This document shows positions 19,282 to 28,233 of a DNA stretch of 41,289 bases, in pieces. Where the stretch lies: positions 1-41,289 of the IMG/VR virus record IMGVR_UViG_3300037851_000713. The stretch is one strand, 5' to 3'. The number at the start of each line of letters is the position of its first letter. The first letter of the stretch is position 1. A model generated the notes under the pieces. That model made no database searches. It saw nothing but the letters and a program-made list of their open reading frames with translations, and was not told the origin of the DNA. The translations under genes were made by a program, and so were the position numbers. Source of the stretch: a virus (Duplodnaviria > Caudoviricetes).

Positions 19282-20010
19282 TTACGACACCGTCTGCGTC
19301 AGCGTCACGGTCACGTTGATGACCGCGGTGTTCGTGACTGCCTGATCGCCGCCCGAGAACGCGGCGGCCGAGTACAGCGTGCCGGTCGTGCCGCTCTTGG
19401 TGCTGTTGCTGGCGATGAAGCCGCCTTTCACGGTGCCGGAGTCGGAGAACGTGAACGACACCGCGCTCGACGACTGCTTGGTGACGCTGTTGCTCGTGGT
19501 GACCGCGGCCGACCACGAGATCGACGGGCGCGTGCCGGCACTGTAGGTCGGCGTGTTGGCGCCGTTGCCGCCGCACTCGGCCCAGCCGGCATGGGACGAC
19601 ATGGTGTCGGTCGTGGCGACCGCCGTCCACCCGGTCGAACCGATCAGGCCGAGGTACCACGCCGCGGTGTAGCCCGAGCCAGCGAAGTACTTGTCGAGCA
19701 TGTCGCCGGCGCCGACGCGGGTGACCGCGTTGTGCACCTGCTCGGCCCACACGCGCACCGGGCGCGGCCAGTTGGCGTGCTGCTCGCGCAGCTTGATGCA
19801 GCGGTCGGAGTCGCCCAGGCCGGCGCGTTCCAGCGCGGTGAACTCCTCGGCCAGCGCGGCAACGTGCGCGCGGTCCTGCGGCAGCACGTCGAAGCACTCG
19901 AAGTCGTAGACGAAGTGCGCGGCCTCGATGCCTTCGGCCATCGCCGCGGCAACGGCGCGGCTGACGCCCATGTTGTCGCCAGCGGCGGCGCGGTGCTCAG
20001 TGTTGCTCAT
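19282..20010 (-). CDS. Putative virion structural protein, 242 aa
   Basis: Ser/Thr/Gly-rich beta domain (AAWYLGLI, DTMSSHAGWAE, GTLYSAAAFSGGD). ATG at 20010. Confidence 0.6.
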   Translation of the reverse strand: MSNTEHRAAAGDNMGVSRAVAAAMAEGIEAAHFVYDFECFDVLPQDRAHVAALAEEFTALERAGLGDSDRCIKLREQHANWPRPVRVWAEQVHNAVTRVGAGDMLDKYFAGSGYTAAWYLGLIGSTGWTAVATTDTMSSHAGWAECGGNGANTPTYSAGTRPSISWSAAVTTSNSVTKQSSSAVSFTFSDSGTVKGGFIASNSTKSGTTGTLYSAAAFSGGDQAVTNTAVINVTVTLTQTVS

Positions 20011-20200
20011 CGGATGCCTCCGCTTCGACCTGCAGCGCCGGATCGGCGACCGAGAACGCGCGCGTGTGCACCGCGCCGGCCGCGTCGGTGTACTCGACCT
20101 TGACCGCAACGACGCGGCCCTCTTCCTCGCTGTACTGCGAGCCGACTACCGTGCCCACGATGTCCGGGATCACGTAGCGGACCTTGGTGCCTTTTTTCAT
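19997..20200 (-). CDS. Hypothetical protein, 67 aa
   Basis: GGAGG RBS, directly after terL. Confidence 0.6.
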   Translation of the reverse strand: MKKGTKVRYVIPDIVGTVVGSQYSEEEGRVVAVKVEYTDAAGAVHTRAFSVADPALQVEAEASDEQH

Positions 20201-20231
20201 TGCCTGCCTCCTGCAAACTGTTGCCCGGAAA

Positions 20232-22235
20232 TCACCGCCGAAAGCTCGGCGACAAACTGCCCCTGCGCCCGCGCCTGATCAACGCCGCCGGCGGCAGCTC
20301 GCTGGCCGCCGTGGCGACGGCAGCGGTTTCGTCTGCACGCTCCGCTTGATCGAGCAGCTCGATTTGCGGCTGCGCGCCGTAGATGCGCTCGCGCTCGCGC
20401 CAGACGGCCTCGGCGTGCCGGCCAGTCATGGCGTAAAGGAAAGCGGCGTAGCCGTACACGAGCAGGTCCCACGCCTCATTGCGGGCGCCGGTCTTGACCC
20501 ACCAATAAGCGGCGTTGCCCTGCCGATCGCGGCGGCGCTCGCGCTTCTCGGCGACCAACTGGTCGAAGTAGTCGTCGGCGTAGCCGAGCGGCCAGTGAAC
20601 AAAGCCCGGGCCGTGCTTTTCGATGCCCATCAACCGGTTGTGCAGCAGGTTCTTGATCTGCTGCGTGCCGACATACCGCACCTGCGCGCCGCCGGGCACC
20701 GGCTTGCCGCGGAAGTTGATTTCCTCGGTGCGCGGCTTGCCCAGCATCTGCGCCCGGTACGCCGGAGCCCCGCGAATGGCAAACCAGTGCCGGCCGCGGG
20801 CCTGCGCATCGCGGCAGAAGAGCTTGACCTCGGCGTCGAAGTGGCCGCCGGCGTCGATCGCCGCGGCGTCGACGCGGATCATCTGCCCGCTGATGTGGCG
20901 GATCGGCGCCTCGAGCAGCTCGCGCACCTTGACCCAGGTGTCGGTGCTGGCCGGGCTACCCCAGATCTCTCCGTGATGCAGCCCCCAGCTTTCCTCGCCG
21001 CGACCGTAGGCCCGGATCTCGACCGCCAGGCGGTTGTCCTGCGTGTCGATTGAGGCCACCACCACCAGCCCGGCGGCCGGGCACGTAAACAGCGGGTAGT
21101 TCTCCCGCCGCTGGCGCAGCTTGTCGGCAGTGACCGCGGCCCGCAGCGTTTCTGCCCACGGCACGCCAAGCTCGTTGTTGGCGAAGGTCTTGCGCGCTTC
21201 GGTGTCGCCCAGCTTCTCCGCCTCAAGGGCGGCGTCGTACTCGGCCGCCAGATTCGACCACGGACGCCAGCCCACCGGCGCAATCAGGCTCGGCAGGTGC
21301 CAGCTTGCGACACCGCGCTCGCCGTCGGCCGTGCCGCGCCAGTGAGCCAGCCCGGCTTCGCGCGCCTGCGCTTCGGTCATGCCGGGCGTGCGCGCGTAGC
21401 TGCGGGCCTTCCATGCGTGCTCGGCAAAGCCCTCGCCGCAGGCTTCGCAGTAGTGCTTGACGCTATCCGGCTCGCCCGCGTCCCACTTGAATCGCGCCCA
21501 GTCGAGCACCTGCGCGTGGCCGCAACTTGGGCACGGGATGAACCACCGCCGCCGATCGCCTCGCCCGAACTGCTTTTCGATGGCGCTGCGGCCTTCGATG
21601 GTGGGCGTGCCGTCGCCGTAGATCTTGGCCCGCCGGCCAAAGTTCGACGTTCGTTTCTTGGCCAGGTCGATCGGGTTGCCCTGATCGTCGAGGTCGAGCA
21701 CGTACTCGTCCGGCTCCTCGAACTTGACGTATCGGATCGTGGCGCTCTTCAGCGCGCCGACCCGATTGGCGCTCACCAGCCGCATGACCCCGCCGGGGTA
21801 CTTCTTGCGCAGCTTGGTGTTGTTCGCACCGGTGGCGTCGGCGTCGCGCACACGGCGGCGCAGTTCCCGCGTGGAGCGGCGCATCTCCTCGAACCGCTGC
21901 AGTTCCCACTGCTTGGCGTCTTCGATCGTGGAAAACACCACGAGGATCGAGCCGGCTGCGGTGCAGATCGCGGCGCCGATGAAGTTCTCGCCGCAGGCGC
22001 TGCCGCCGACCTGATGGCCCTTCATCACCCAGCCTTCGCGCACCGCAGAGCCCGGCGACATCGTATCCATGATGTCGACCAGGTACGGCGTGCGTTCGTT
22101 GCGCCACGGGCCGGGCTCGGGCGTGTCGGGCGGCAGCACGCGGTACTTGGCCGCCCAGTCGGAAATGCTGACTTTCTCGTCAGGCCGCAGCGCGCGAGCG
22201 ATCGCCCGCAGGTAAATCGCTGCGGTGGGGCTCAT
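20232..22235 (-). CDS. Terminase large subunit, GpA family, 667 aa
   Basis: PGPWRNERTPYL, variant Walker A (MKGHQVGGS), Walker B (YVKFEEPDEY), TPT motif, CPSC/CEAC, IDTQDNRL, RNEAWD. Confidence 0.95.
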   Translation of the reverse strand: MSPTAAIYLRAIARALRPDEKVSISDWAAKYRVLPPDTPEPGPWRNERTPYLVDIMDTMSPGSAVREGWVMKGHQVGGSACGENFIGAAICTAAGSILVVFSTIEDAKQWELQRFEEMRRSTRELRRRVRDADATGANNTKLRKKYPGGVMRLVSANRVGALKSATIRYVKFEEPDEYVLDLDDQGNPIDLAKKRTSNFGRRAKIYGDGTPTIEGRSAIEKQFGRGDRRRWFIPCPSCGHAQVLDWARFKWDAGEPDSVKHYCEACGEGFAEHAWKARSYARTPGMTEAQAREAGLAHWRGTADGERGVASWHLPSLIAPVGWRPWSNLAAEYDAALEAEKLGDTEARKTFANNELGVPWAETLRAAVTADKLRQRRENYPLFTCPAAGLVVVASIDTQDNRLAVEIRAYGRGEESWGLHHGEIWGSPASTDTWVKVRELLEAPIRHISGQMIRVDAAAIDAGGHFDAEVKLFCRDAQARGRHWFAIRGAPAYRAQMLGKPRTEEINFRGKPVPGGAQVRYVGTQQIKNLLHNRLMGIEKHGPGFVHWPLGYADDYFDQLVAEKRERRRDRQGNAAYWWVKTGARNEAWDLLVYGYAAFLYAMTGRHAEAVWRERERIYGAQPQIELLDQAERADETAAVATAASELPPAALIRRGRRGSLSPSFRR

Positions 22236-22870
22236 GCTTCGTCGTCGTCTTCCTTCTCTCGCACGGCAGAGGCCGGATCGAACGCGGACAGCACTGAGGT
22301 CAGTTCAGCCTCGATGACCTGCTCCGTGCGAAACGGGTCTTCCTCCGCCGCCAACTGGTCCTTGATGCGCGCCGGCACGTTGAGGATGGCGTCACGCAAA
22401 GCGCGGTAGGCGGTGTAAGCGATCCGCGCGACCTCCTCGACATCCGCAAGGCTGCCCCGCAGCCGGTTCAACTCTAGCTGCTCGCGCTCGGCCCGGATCC
22501 GCTCGCGCAACGCACGCGCCGCGCGGTACTCGGCGGTATCGGTCGACTGCGGCGCGTCGCTGTCGGCAAGAGCGGGCTCGTTTTCGGCCGCTGTCACAAC
22601 CTCCACCTCGATCTGCCGATGCAGATCAGTCGCCAACGGGGGCGCTTGCCGATTCGCCTGCGCCGCCGGCTGACTTTCGGGCGGCATCGCCGGCCGGTCA
22701 ATCCGGCCCTCTTTTGTCCGCGACACGTCGCGATGCGCCAGGCGCCACGCGCGCGCCGAATCGGCGTCGTGCATCGGCATTCCTGCCAGCTTGTCGCGCG
22801 CCACTTGGCTCTTCGCCACGTTCAGCCGCCGCGCCATCTCGCGCACCGATAGATCACTCGTCCCGCTCAT
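22232..22870 (-). CDS. Terminase small subunit (Nu1-like), 212 aa
   Basis: N-terminal HTH (LSVREMARRLNVAKSQV), coiled coil (EREQLELNRLRGSL), overlaps terL. Confidence 0.85.
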   Translation of the reverse strand: MSGTSDLSVREMARRLNVAKSQVARDKLAGMPMHDADSARAWRLAHRDVSRTKEGRIDRPAMPPESQPAAQANRQAPPLATDLHRQIEVEVVTAAENEPALADSDAPQSTDTAEYRAARALRERIRAEREQLELNRLRGSLADVEEVARIAYTAYRALRDAILNVPARIKDQLAAEEDPFRTEQVIEAELTSVLSAFDPASAVREKEDDDEA

Positions 22871-22974
22871 GCGTCCCTCGTCCCTTCAATACGTCCCCTA
22901 AGTCGTCCCGCCTTATGAAATGCGAGAACTGGGGTCGCGAATGACCCCCGTGCGCTGGCGCCCAGGGAGGACCC
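22859..22974 (-). other. Putative cos / packaging site
   Basis: cosQ-like GGGTCCT (22974-22968), dyad GGGGTC-ATTCGC-GACCCC (22931-22948) and five GGGACG repeats (22859, 22872, 22879, 22892, 22904) around the terS start. Confidence 0.55.
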
Positions 22975-22979
22975 ACGGC

Positions 22980-23651
22980 CTATCGAGCGGACGCGGCCGC
23001 CTGACGCAACGCATCGGCGAGCAAGCCAGGCATTTCGGCGATGGCGCGGCGGCGTCCCCAGTCGTAGAACTCGAACCGAGGGCGATAGGACACCGATCGC
23101 TGCGGGAACACGATCAGCGGCCGTAGCTGGTGCCGCTGCCTGTCGCGCAACCACAAGCCGGCCGGCATGGCACGGCGACCGCGCGGTACGCCGTAAAACA
23201 GCGAGGGCGAATCCGGCAGGCCCAGGCGCTCGCGGCGCCGCTTGTCGACGCGCCGGCCGCCCCTTGCCTGCGCTACCAGTCGCTTGATCGTGCCGGCCGG
23301 CACGTTGCCGAACGGATCGAGCTTGATCTCGGCCGGCAGCCTTTGCGCCAGCCTTTTCGGCGCGCGGCGGCCGCCTTCAACCTGGTAGACCATGTAGCCG
23401 GCTTGCTTGCGCTTGTATCCGACTGTCGCCACAAGCGCATCGCGGGTCGCGCGGTCGATGTACAAGCCGGACCTGGTGTAGCGAGTCGTTAGCCCGCCGA
23501 GCTGCCGCTCTGCCTCGTCCGGCGCAGCTTTTGCGATCGACTGAGCCGCGCGCGTCAAAGCCACTGCGGCGGCGAACCGCGCCTGCCGGCCGATGCCGCT
23601 GGCCACCAGCGCTGCCGAGGCTTTGTCTACCTGCACTTTGACGCGGATCAA
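22980..23651 (-). CDS. Tail completion / neck protein (gpZ-like), 223 aa
   Basis: QARFAAAVALTRAAQ...TRYTRSGLYIDRATRDALVATV...YQVEGGRR motif. TTG start with GAGG RBS. Confidence 0.6.
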   Translation of the reverse strand: MIRVKVQVDKASAALVASGIGRQARFAAAVALTRAAQSIAKAAPDEAERQLGGLTTRYTRSGLYIDRATRDALVATVGYKRKQAGYMVYQVEGGRRAPKRLAQRLPAEIKLDPFGNVPAGTIKRLVAQARGGRRVDKRRRERLGLPDSPSLFYGVPRGRRAMPAGLWLRDRQRHQLRPLIVFPQRSVSYRPRFEFYDWGRRRAIAEMPGLLADALRQAAASAR

Positions 23652-23689
23652 AGCAACCTCTTTTCAGCCAAAACGCACACGTCCGACTA

Positions 23690-23717
23690 TTGACACGCGC
23701 TATCCGTCGCGTATAGT
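23690..23717 (+). promoter_or_regulatory. Sigma70-type promoter of the plus-strand island
   Basis: TTGACA-16 nt-TATAGT, with an ACGCG...CGCGT inverted repeat spanning the spacer. Confidence 0.7.
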
Positions 23718-23968
23718 TCAATTGTGGCGGCAGCAAGAAGCCGCCACCGGACGCCGAGCCGATCTCGGCACTCTGCGGAGTCTCAAAATGCCAGACTGCA
23801 CAACACCTAAAGCAACACGCGCCGAGACGTCGTGATGCCTCGCCGCGGCGACCCGCCGACCGCAGCGCCGGCATGGGCGAGCCAAAAAGCGGCCGTGCAT
23901 CACGCCAACATGGCCGCGGCGGCCAAGGCAGCCATTACCAGCGCCGCGGCGCCAGCGGAGGTAGCGCC

Positions 23969-24199
23969 ATGCTGAGAATCCCCGCCAACATCACGCCCGA
24001 GCAGTGGGCCAACATGAAACGCCAGGACCGCCTAATTGCGCAACGAGATAACGCAACGCCTGCACTTTGCCGCACTGGAGAAACAGATGAAAGCCCTGCT
24101 TGCTTTCCGCATCACCGTCGACCACGACGACAAAGACACGCCGGTTTACTGTCACGTCAAGCTTTACAGGGAACAGAAAGAACTGGTTTGGCGCGCTGA
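23969..24199 (+). CDS. Small hypothetical protein (C-terminus possibly altered by an insertion)
   Basis: GGAGGT RBS before ATG 23969 (MLRIPANITPEQWANMKRQD...). Confidence 0.35.
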   Translation: MLRIPANITPEQWANMKRQDRLIAQRDNATPALCRTGETDESPACFPHHRRPRRQRHAGLLSRQALQGTERTGLAR

Positions 24200-24429
24200 T
24201 TCTGAGTTCGGCGACGAAATTGAGACGCTGCCTCGCCCGACAACGGTGCGGCAGGCAAAGAAAGACGCCTGCGCCGTGTACCCGCGCCACAGCCCATTTA
24301 AGCCGAGCGCGCGCTGGATCTAATGACCGCTCACCCGGACCGCAGCCGTCGGCATCCGTCGGCGGCACGCAATCCAGCAGATCAACATCCGACGGCGGCG
24401 AGATAACGCAACGCCTGCACTTTGCCGCA
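24044..24429 (+). repeat. 31-bp exact direct repeat (24044-24074 and 24399-24429)
   Basis: CGAGATAACGCAACGCCTGCACTTTGCCGCA occurs twice, 355 bp apart. Confidence 0.9.
24087..24323 (+). CDS. Small hypothetical protein, 78 aa
   Basis: GGAGA RBS, MKALLAFRITVDHDDKDTPVYC..., lower GC. Confidence 0.65.
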   Translation: MKALLAFRITVDHDDKDTPVYCHVKLYREQKELVWRADSEFGDEIETLPRPTTVRQAKKDACAVYPRHSPFKPSARWI

Positions 24430-24496
24430 ACAGGCCCGGCACGCAACCGCGCGCCTGGCTTTCGGCCGTGCAAACGGACGAGGTAGATTCAGCCAC

Positions 24497-24778
24497 ATGA
24501 CAGGACGCCATTACCGCTGGCATCGCGCCTGGTGCGCGGACTTGCCCAGCAAGACCGCTCGGCACAAGAGCGGGCTTGCTGTCACATTTTCCCGTTCGGC
24601 CGATGATGCCCCGTGGCATGGTCAGGCGGACCTAGGCGCCGCGCAATCGGTACTGCTGGCACTGACACAGCATCACGGCCCACACAACGCCCAGCAACGC
24701 ATCGCGCGCCTGATGCTCGAAGCATTAGCCGCATGGACCTATGCCGTCAAAAAAACCGCCCGCGCCGCTAATCGTTGA
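24497..24778 (+). CDS. Small hypothetical protein, 93 aa
   Basis: GAGGT RBS, MTGRHYRWHRAW...ARHKSGLAVTF. Overlaps the HTH gene. Confidence 0.6.
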   Translation: MTGRHYRWHRAWCADLPSKTARHKSGLAVTFSRSADDAPWHGQADLGAAQSVLLALTQHHGPHNAQQRIARLMLEALAAWTYAVKKTARAANR

Positions 24779-25094
24779 CGCGCCCACGGGCGCCGACATT
24801 CGCGCTTTGCGCGACTGCCTCGCACTATCGCAGGCGGACCTAGCCCGCGTCGCTGGCGTGCACGTCAACACGCTGGCCCGAGCCGAGCGCGGCGAGCTTG
24901 AGCTAAGCGCTGCCGCCTGGTCGCTGGCCCTGCTTTCGCTGGACCAGCATCCGACGGCGCGACTGGCCGGCCGCAGAAGTTCGCCGGCAGCCAGCGCGGC
25001 AGGGAGGGAGAACTCGCCGTCTGTACCTGCAGGAAAACCTGCCGATACCTCGGCGCCGGTTTCCCGAAAAACCAGCCGAGACCTGCGCGCCTGA
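24741..25094 (+). CDS. XRE-family HTH regulator (Aca/KorC-like)
   Basis: PTGADIRALRDCLALSQADLARVAGVHVNTLARAERGE. Confidence 0.8.
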   Translation: MPSKKPPAPLIVDAPTGADIRALRDCLALSQADLARVAGVHVNTLARAERGELELSAAAWSLALLSLDQHPTARLAGRRSSPAASAAGRENSPSVPAGKPADTSAPVSRKTSRDLRA

Positions 25095-25186
25095 ACCGCC
25101 GAGATTCAGCCGCCCAGCCCGCAGAAATGAATCGGGCCGGCACCAAAGCCAGCCCGTAGCGTGCAAGTTCCTGCGGAGTATGGCTC

Positions 25187-25215
25187 ATTCTGGCATGAAG
25201 CTAATTTTTCGTAAA
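25187..25215 (-). promoter_or_regulatory. Putative late promoter (pR'-like)
   Basis: TTTACG-17 nt-CAGAAT on the minus strand just after the Q-like gene, followed by hairpins at 25093-25155. Confidence 0.5.
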
Positions 25216-25256
25216 AATTCGGCGCGCGGATCCGGCGGCGAATGTTGCCGGCCGGA

Positions 25257-25691
25257 TCAATCGATCGCCGCGCTGGCCACCTGCTGGCCCGAGACCTTGC
25301 GCCGCTGCCGGCGGTCTGCCGGCCGCTTGCGGGTTGCGTCCAGCGGTTCGCCACGGCGGCGCTGATCGAGCAGCCGGGCCAGCATCCGGTGCAGCCGCGC
25401 ATAACGCGATTGCACGGTATCCGGGTGCACACCGATGCGCCGAGCCAGGCCGCGGCCCGCGGGGTATGCCGCAAGGGCAAAGGCACGCAGCTCGGCCGGC
25501 GCGTAGGTCAGCAGGTCGTGCGTCTCTCGCTCCTCGATGTGCAGCCGCGGCACCGCTTCATCGCCTGCCGGCCAGGACGCCAGCGGCGCTCCCGGGCGCA
25601 AATTCGCCCACGTTGCCACCTTGGCGCCGCCCGCGCCAACACGCCACGCCCCCCACTTTTCCAGCCGCAAATCCCAATAGCGATCTTTCAC
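25257..25691 (-). CDS. Q-like late gene antiterminator/activator, 144 aa
   Basis: LRLEKWGAWR N-terminus and C-terminal HTH (LARRIGVHPDTVQSRY), at the end of the early-right operon. Confidence 0.65.
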   Translation of the reverse strand: MKDRYWDLRLEKWGAWRVGAGGAKVATWANLRPGAPLASWPAGDEAVPRLHIEERETHDLLTYAPAELRAFALAAYPAGRGLARRIGVHPDTVQSRYARLHRMLARLLDQRRRGEPLDATRKRPADRRQRRKVSGQQVASAAID

Positions 25692-25704
25692 CGAAACCCC
25701 TCAG

Positions 25705-25954
25705 AAAATCCCGCGCCAAAATTCAGCTCGAAAATCCAGCCACAAAATCCCGCCCGAAAATCCGCGCCGAAATTCCGGCCGGCATTCGCAGGCGCCGCTG
25801 CCTCGCCTGCCGCAAAAACCAGAAACGCCGGCATCGAACCTCACCCCTATTGGTCCTAGTCACCCTTAATGGTCCTAGTGGTCCTAGTCATTTTCCGCGT
25901 GCGCACGCGCGCGCGCGTGCGCGCGCGAGGAATTGACTTGGACCACCTAGACCA
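25705..25954. repeat. Putative replication origin: 13-bp-period A-tract repeats, TGGTCCTAG iterons, (RY)n run
   Basis: AAA(A)TYC at 25705, 25718, 25731, 25744, 25757 and 25770. TGGTCCTAG at 25851, 25870 and 25879, with inverted variants at 25937 and 25947. Immediately 3' of the VapE-like gene. Confidence 0.55.
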
Positions 25955-25956
25955 TT

Positions 25957-27381
25957 TCAGAATGCGGGAAGATCGGGCTCTTCTGCGGAGTTATCCACAG
26001 ATTCTGGGCGACCAACGCGCGGAACCTCGTGCGGTCGGTAGTAGCGCCAGGACCGTCCCGTTTCGGTCCGCGGGCGCGCCTTCACCCATCCAAGCATCTG
26101 CATGATGCTGCCCACTTTTCGCGCTTCCAGCCCGTTCGGGCTCACGCGCGCCAGATCGATACCAAGGCCTCCGCCGAGCAGCTCGGTCATCGACACGCCG
26201 ACCGAGCCCACCTGCTCGGCCGTGTACTTCTCCAATTTCTCGATCCACGGATGCGGCGCCAGCCGGCGTTCTACCTCGGCCTCAAAAACCGCCACTTCCT
26301 CGCCGCGCGGATAGGCGTGCTCGCCTTTGCGGTACAGGTACAGCGCCTCGGCCAGCAACTGGTCGCGGTCGCGTTCGAGAACATCGAGGTCGATCGCGCC
26401 GCAGGCGATCGGGTGAAACCGCGTGTTGCCGGAAAAATCGGTCAGGTATTCCGCCGCGTTGGTGGTCGCCGCAAACACCACCTGCCGTTTGTGCACCGCG
26501 TTGCGCCGCTCGTAGGGCGCCCGGAAGTTGTCTTCCGTGCTGCTGATGAACGCCTTGACGGCCGTGGCCTCGGCCTTGCTGAAGGCATCCAGCTCGGAGA
26601 TCTCGTAGACCCACACGCCCTGCACCGAAAGGTAGGCGTCCTTGTCGCCCACGCGGAACATCGTGTCGCTGAACCACGGCCGGGCCAGCGCATGCAGCGC
26701 CCGGCTCTTGCCCAGGTTCTGCACGCCCTCAAGCACCGGAACCGAGCGCATGACACAGCCGGGCTCATAGATCCGGCGCACCATGTTCAGCAAAAAGTAG
26801 CGGCCGGCGCGGGCGTGGTAGTCGGTTTCGCGCGCACCAAGGTAAATCCACGGCCAGGTATCCACGCGCGGCGTACGGTCCCACTCGACCGCCTCCAGAT
26901 GCTGCCGTACCGGATGAATCTTGCGCTTGCAGGCTACCGCCCGAACCGCTTCGGAGATCACGTCCAGGCTGCTCGTCACGTACTGGCCCACCGACAACCC
27001 GCCGTGCTGCCCCTTGAACATGAAGCGCGGCTGCTGCGTGAACCACATGGACAACTCGACGTCGTCGTCCGTGCTCCACTCGCCACCGGGCGCGTGCCCG
27101 AGCGGGCTTTCGCGCAGACAGACGATGCGCTTGGAAAACTCGTCGATCGCCAGCACGTCGCGCCACTGCGGCAGGTTTTCCAGCAGTCGGATTAGATTGT
27201 CCCGGTGCGGGCTCACGCCCGTGCCTTTGCTCGACGGCAACAGCGACGCAAAAATCACCGGCAGCTCGCCCCACTGGGTCCGCGCGGTAGCCCGGGAGGG
27301 GTCTGGAGCATTTTCCTCGGCCACGCGGTCCGCGAGGAGGCGCAGACGCTCCCGCTCATCGGGCTTGTCGTCCGAGCCCAT
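25957..27381 (-). CDS. VapE/VirE-family P-loop ATPase (replicative helicase), 474 aa
   Basis: HPVRQHL, Walker A (LEGVQNLGKS), Walker B (VYEISELD), FRAPYER, FAATTN, GNTRF. Confidence 0.9.
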   Translation of the reverse strand: MGSDDKPDERERLRLLADRVAEENAPDPSRATARTQWGELPVIFASLLPSSKGTGVSPHRDNLIRLLENLPQWRDVLAIDEFSKRIVCLRESPLGHAPGGEWSTDDDVELSMWFTQQPRFMFKGQHGGLSVGQYVTSSLDVISEAVRAVACKRKIHPVRQHLEAVEWDRTPRVDTWPWIYLGARETDYHARAGRYFLLNMVRRIYEPGCVMRSVPVLEGVQNLGKSRALHALARPWFSDTMFRVGDKDAYLSVQGVWVYEISELDAFSKAEATAVKAFISSTEDNFRAPYERRNAVHKRQVVFAATTNAAEYLTDFSGNTRFHPIACGAIDLDVLERDRDQLLAEALYLYRKGEHAYPRGEEVAVFEAEVERRLAPHPWIEKLEKYTAEQVGSVGVSMTELLGGGLGIDLARVSPNGLEARKVGSIMQMLGWVKARPRTETGRSWRYYRPHEVPRVGRPESVDNSAEEPDLPAF

Positions 27382-27384
27382 GCG

Positions 27385-27825
27385 TCAGCGGCCATGCTCG
27401 GCGATCTCGTTGATCAGCGCCGCGCATCGGCGTCGTGCCCTGCCAGCGGCCGCGCGGTCAAAGGTGTCGACCTCGCGGCCGGCGGCCACGTCGGCAAGGA
27501 TCACCCAGGCCGTATGCAGTTCCTGATGCAGCGCGCGCACCGCGGCCGCCTGGCTCCACGGCCGGCGCTCGCGCGGCGCGGACTGGCACTCGCCGTCGAA
27601 ACTGCTGCGCGGCGGAAAGAGCGACTCCATCTCCACCCCGGCTGCGCGCACCACCTCGAGCGCAGAGCAGCCGGCAAAGCAGTGCAGCAGCACGCGGCCG
27701 TCGGGCAGCTCCCGCACGCTGAGCGAAGGCCCTTTGTCCTTGTGCGCCGGGCAGGCCGCCATCCAGCGGCCGTCTCCGGTGCGCTTCACCTTGGCCAGCC
27801 GGCCAAGCAGGTCATCCACCGCCAT
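27385..27825 (-). CDS. Primase zinc-finger (CHC2-like) protein, 146 aa
   Basis: WMAACPAHKDKGPSLSV...LLHCFAGC, upstream of the VapE-like gene. Confidence 0.8.
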   Translation of the reverse strand: MAVDDLLGRLAKVKRTGDGRWMAACPAHKDKGPSLSVRELPDGRVLLHCFAGCSALEVVRAAGVEMESLFPPRSSFDGECQSAPRERRPWSQAAAVRALHQELHTAWVILADVAAGREVDTFDRAAAGRARRRCAALINEIAEHGR

Positions 27826-28036
27826 CCGTTGCCCCCATGGCTTCATCAAGCCATGCCTGCGCCTTCGCCGCGATCTCCGGCGAGCCCGTTGCGGCCAGAT
27901 GCGCCGCCATGGCTCTGCGGGCCGCCCCGGGCTGCGCACGCGCCATCAGGCGCCGCGCACAGTCCGGGCAGGCCACGCTGAAAATGCCGGAACGATCCCC
28001 CATCGCGCATGCCTCGCATGCGCCCCCTTGGTTCAC
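27812..28036 (-). CDS. Small Cys-rich hypothetical protein
   Basis: CEAC...CPDC, overlapping its neighbours. Confidence 0.5.
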   Translation of the reverse strand: MNQGGACEACAMGDRSGIFSVACPDCARRLMARAQPGAARRAMAAHLAATGSPEIAAKAQAWLDEAMGATDGGG

Positions 28037-28233
28037 AAACCCAGCTTCTTGCCCAGCCGCCGGATGAACCGCTCGTAGTCCCCCGGCGAAACATCACGCG
28101 CATCGCGCAGAAAATCCGCCTTGCGGCGCTCGTACTCGCGCCAGCGCTCGGCCGCCGGCCAGCGCCTTCTCCGCGCCTTACCGGAAACAGGGAGTCGATC
28201 GGCCATGCCGGGCAGCGGCAGCGTCTTGCTCAA
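28033..28233 (-). CDS. Hypothetical protein, 66 aa
   Basis: TTGA coupling. WREYERRKA...YERFIRRLGKKLGL. Confidence 0.55.
   Translation of the reverse strand: MSKTLPLPGMADRLPVSGKARRRRWPAAERWREYERRKADFLRDARDVSPGDYERFIRRLGKKLGL

Noticed and set aside
781-22409. Long plus-strand ORFs (e.g. 781-2193, 2845-4467, 9607-11520, 12210-14117)
   Set aside because: They are antisense shadows of high-GC structural genes with no recognisable motifs.
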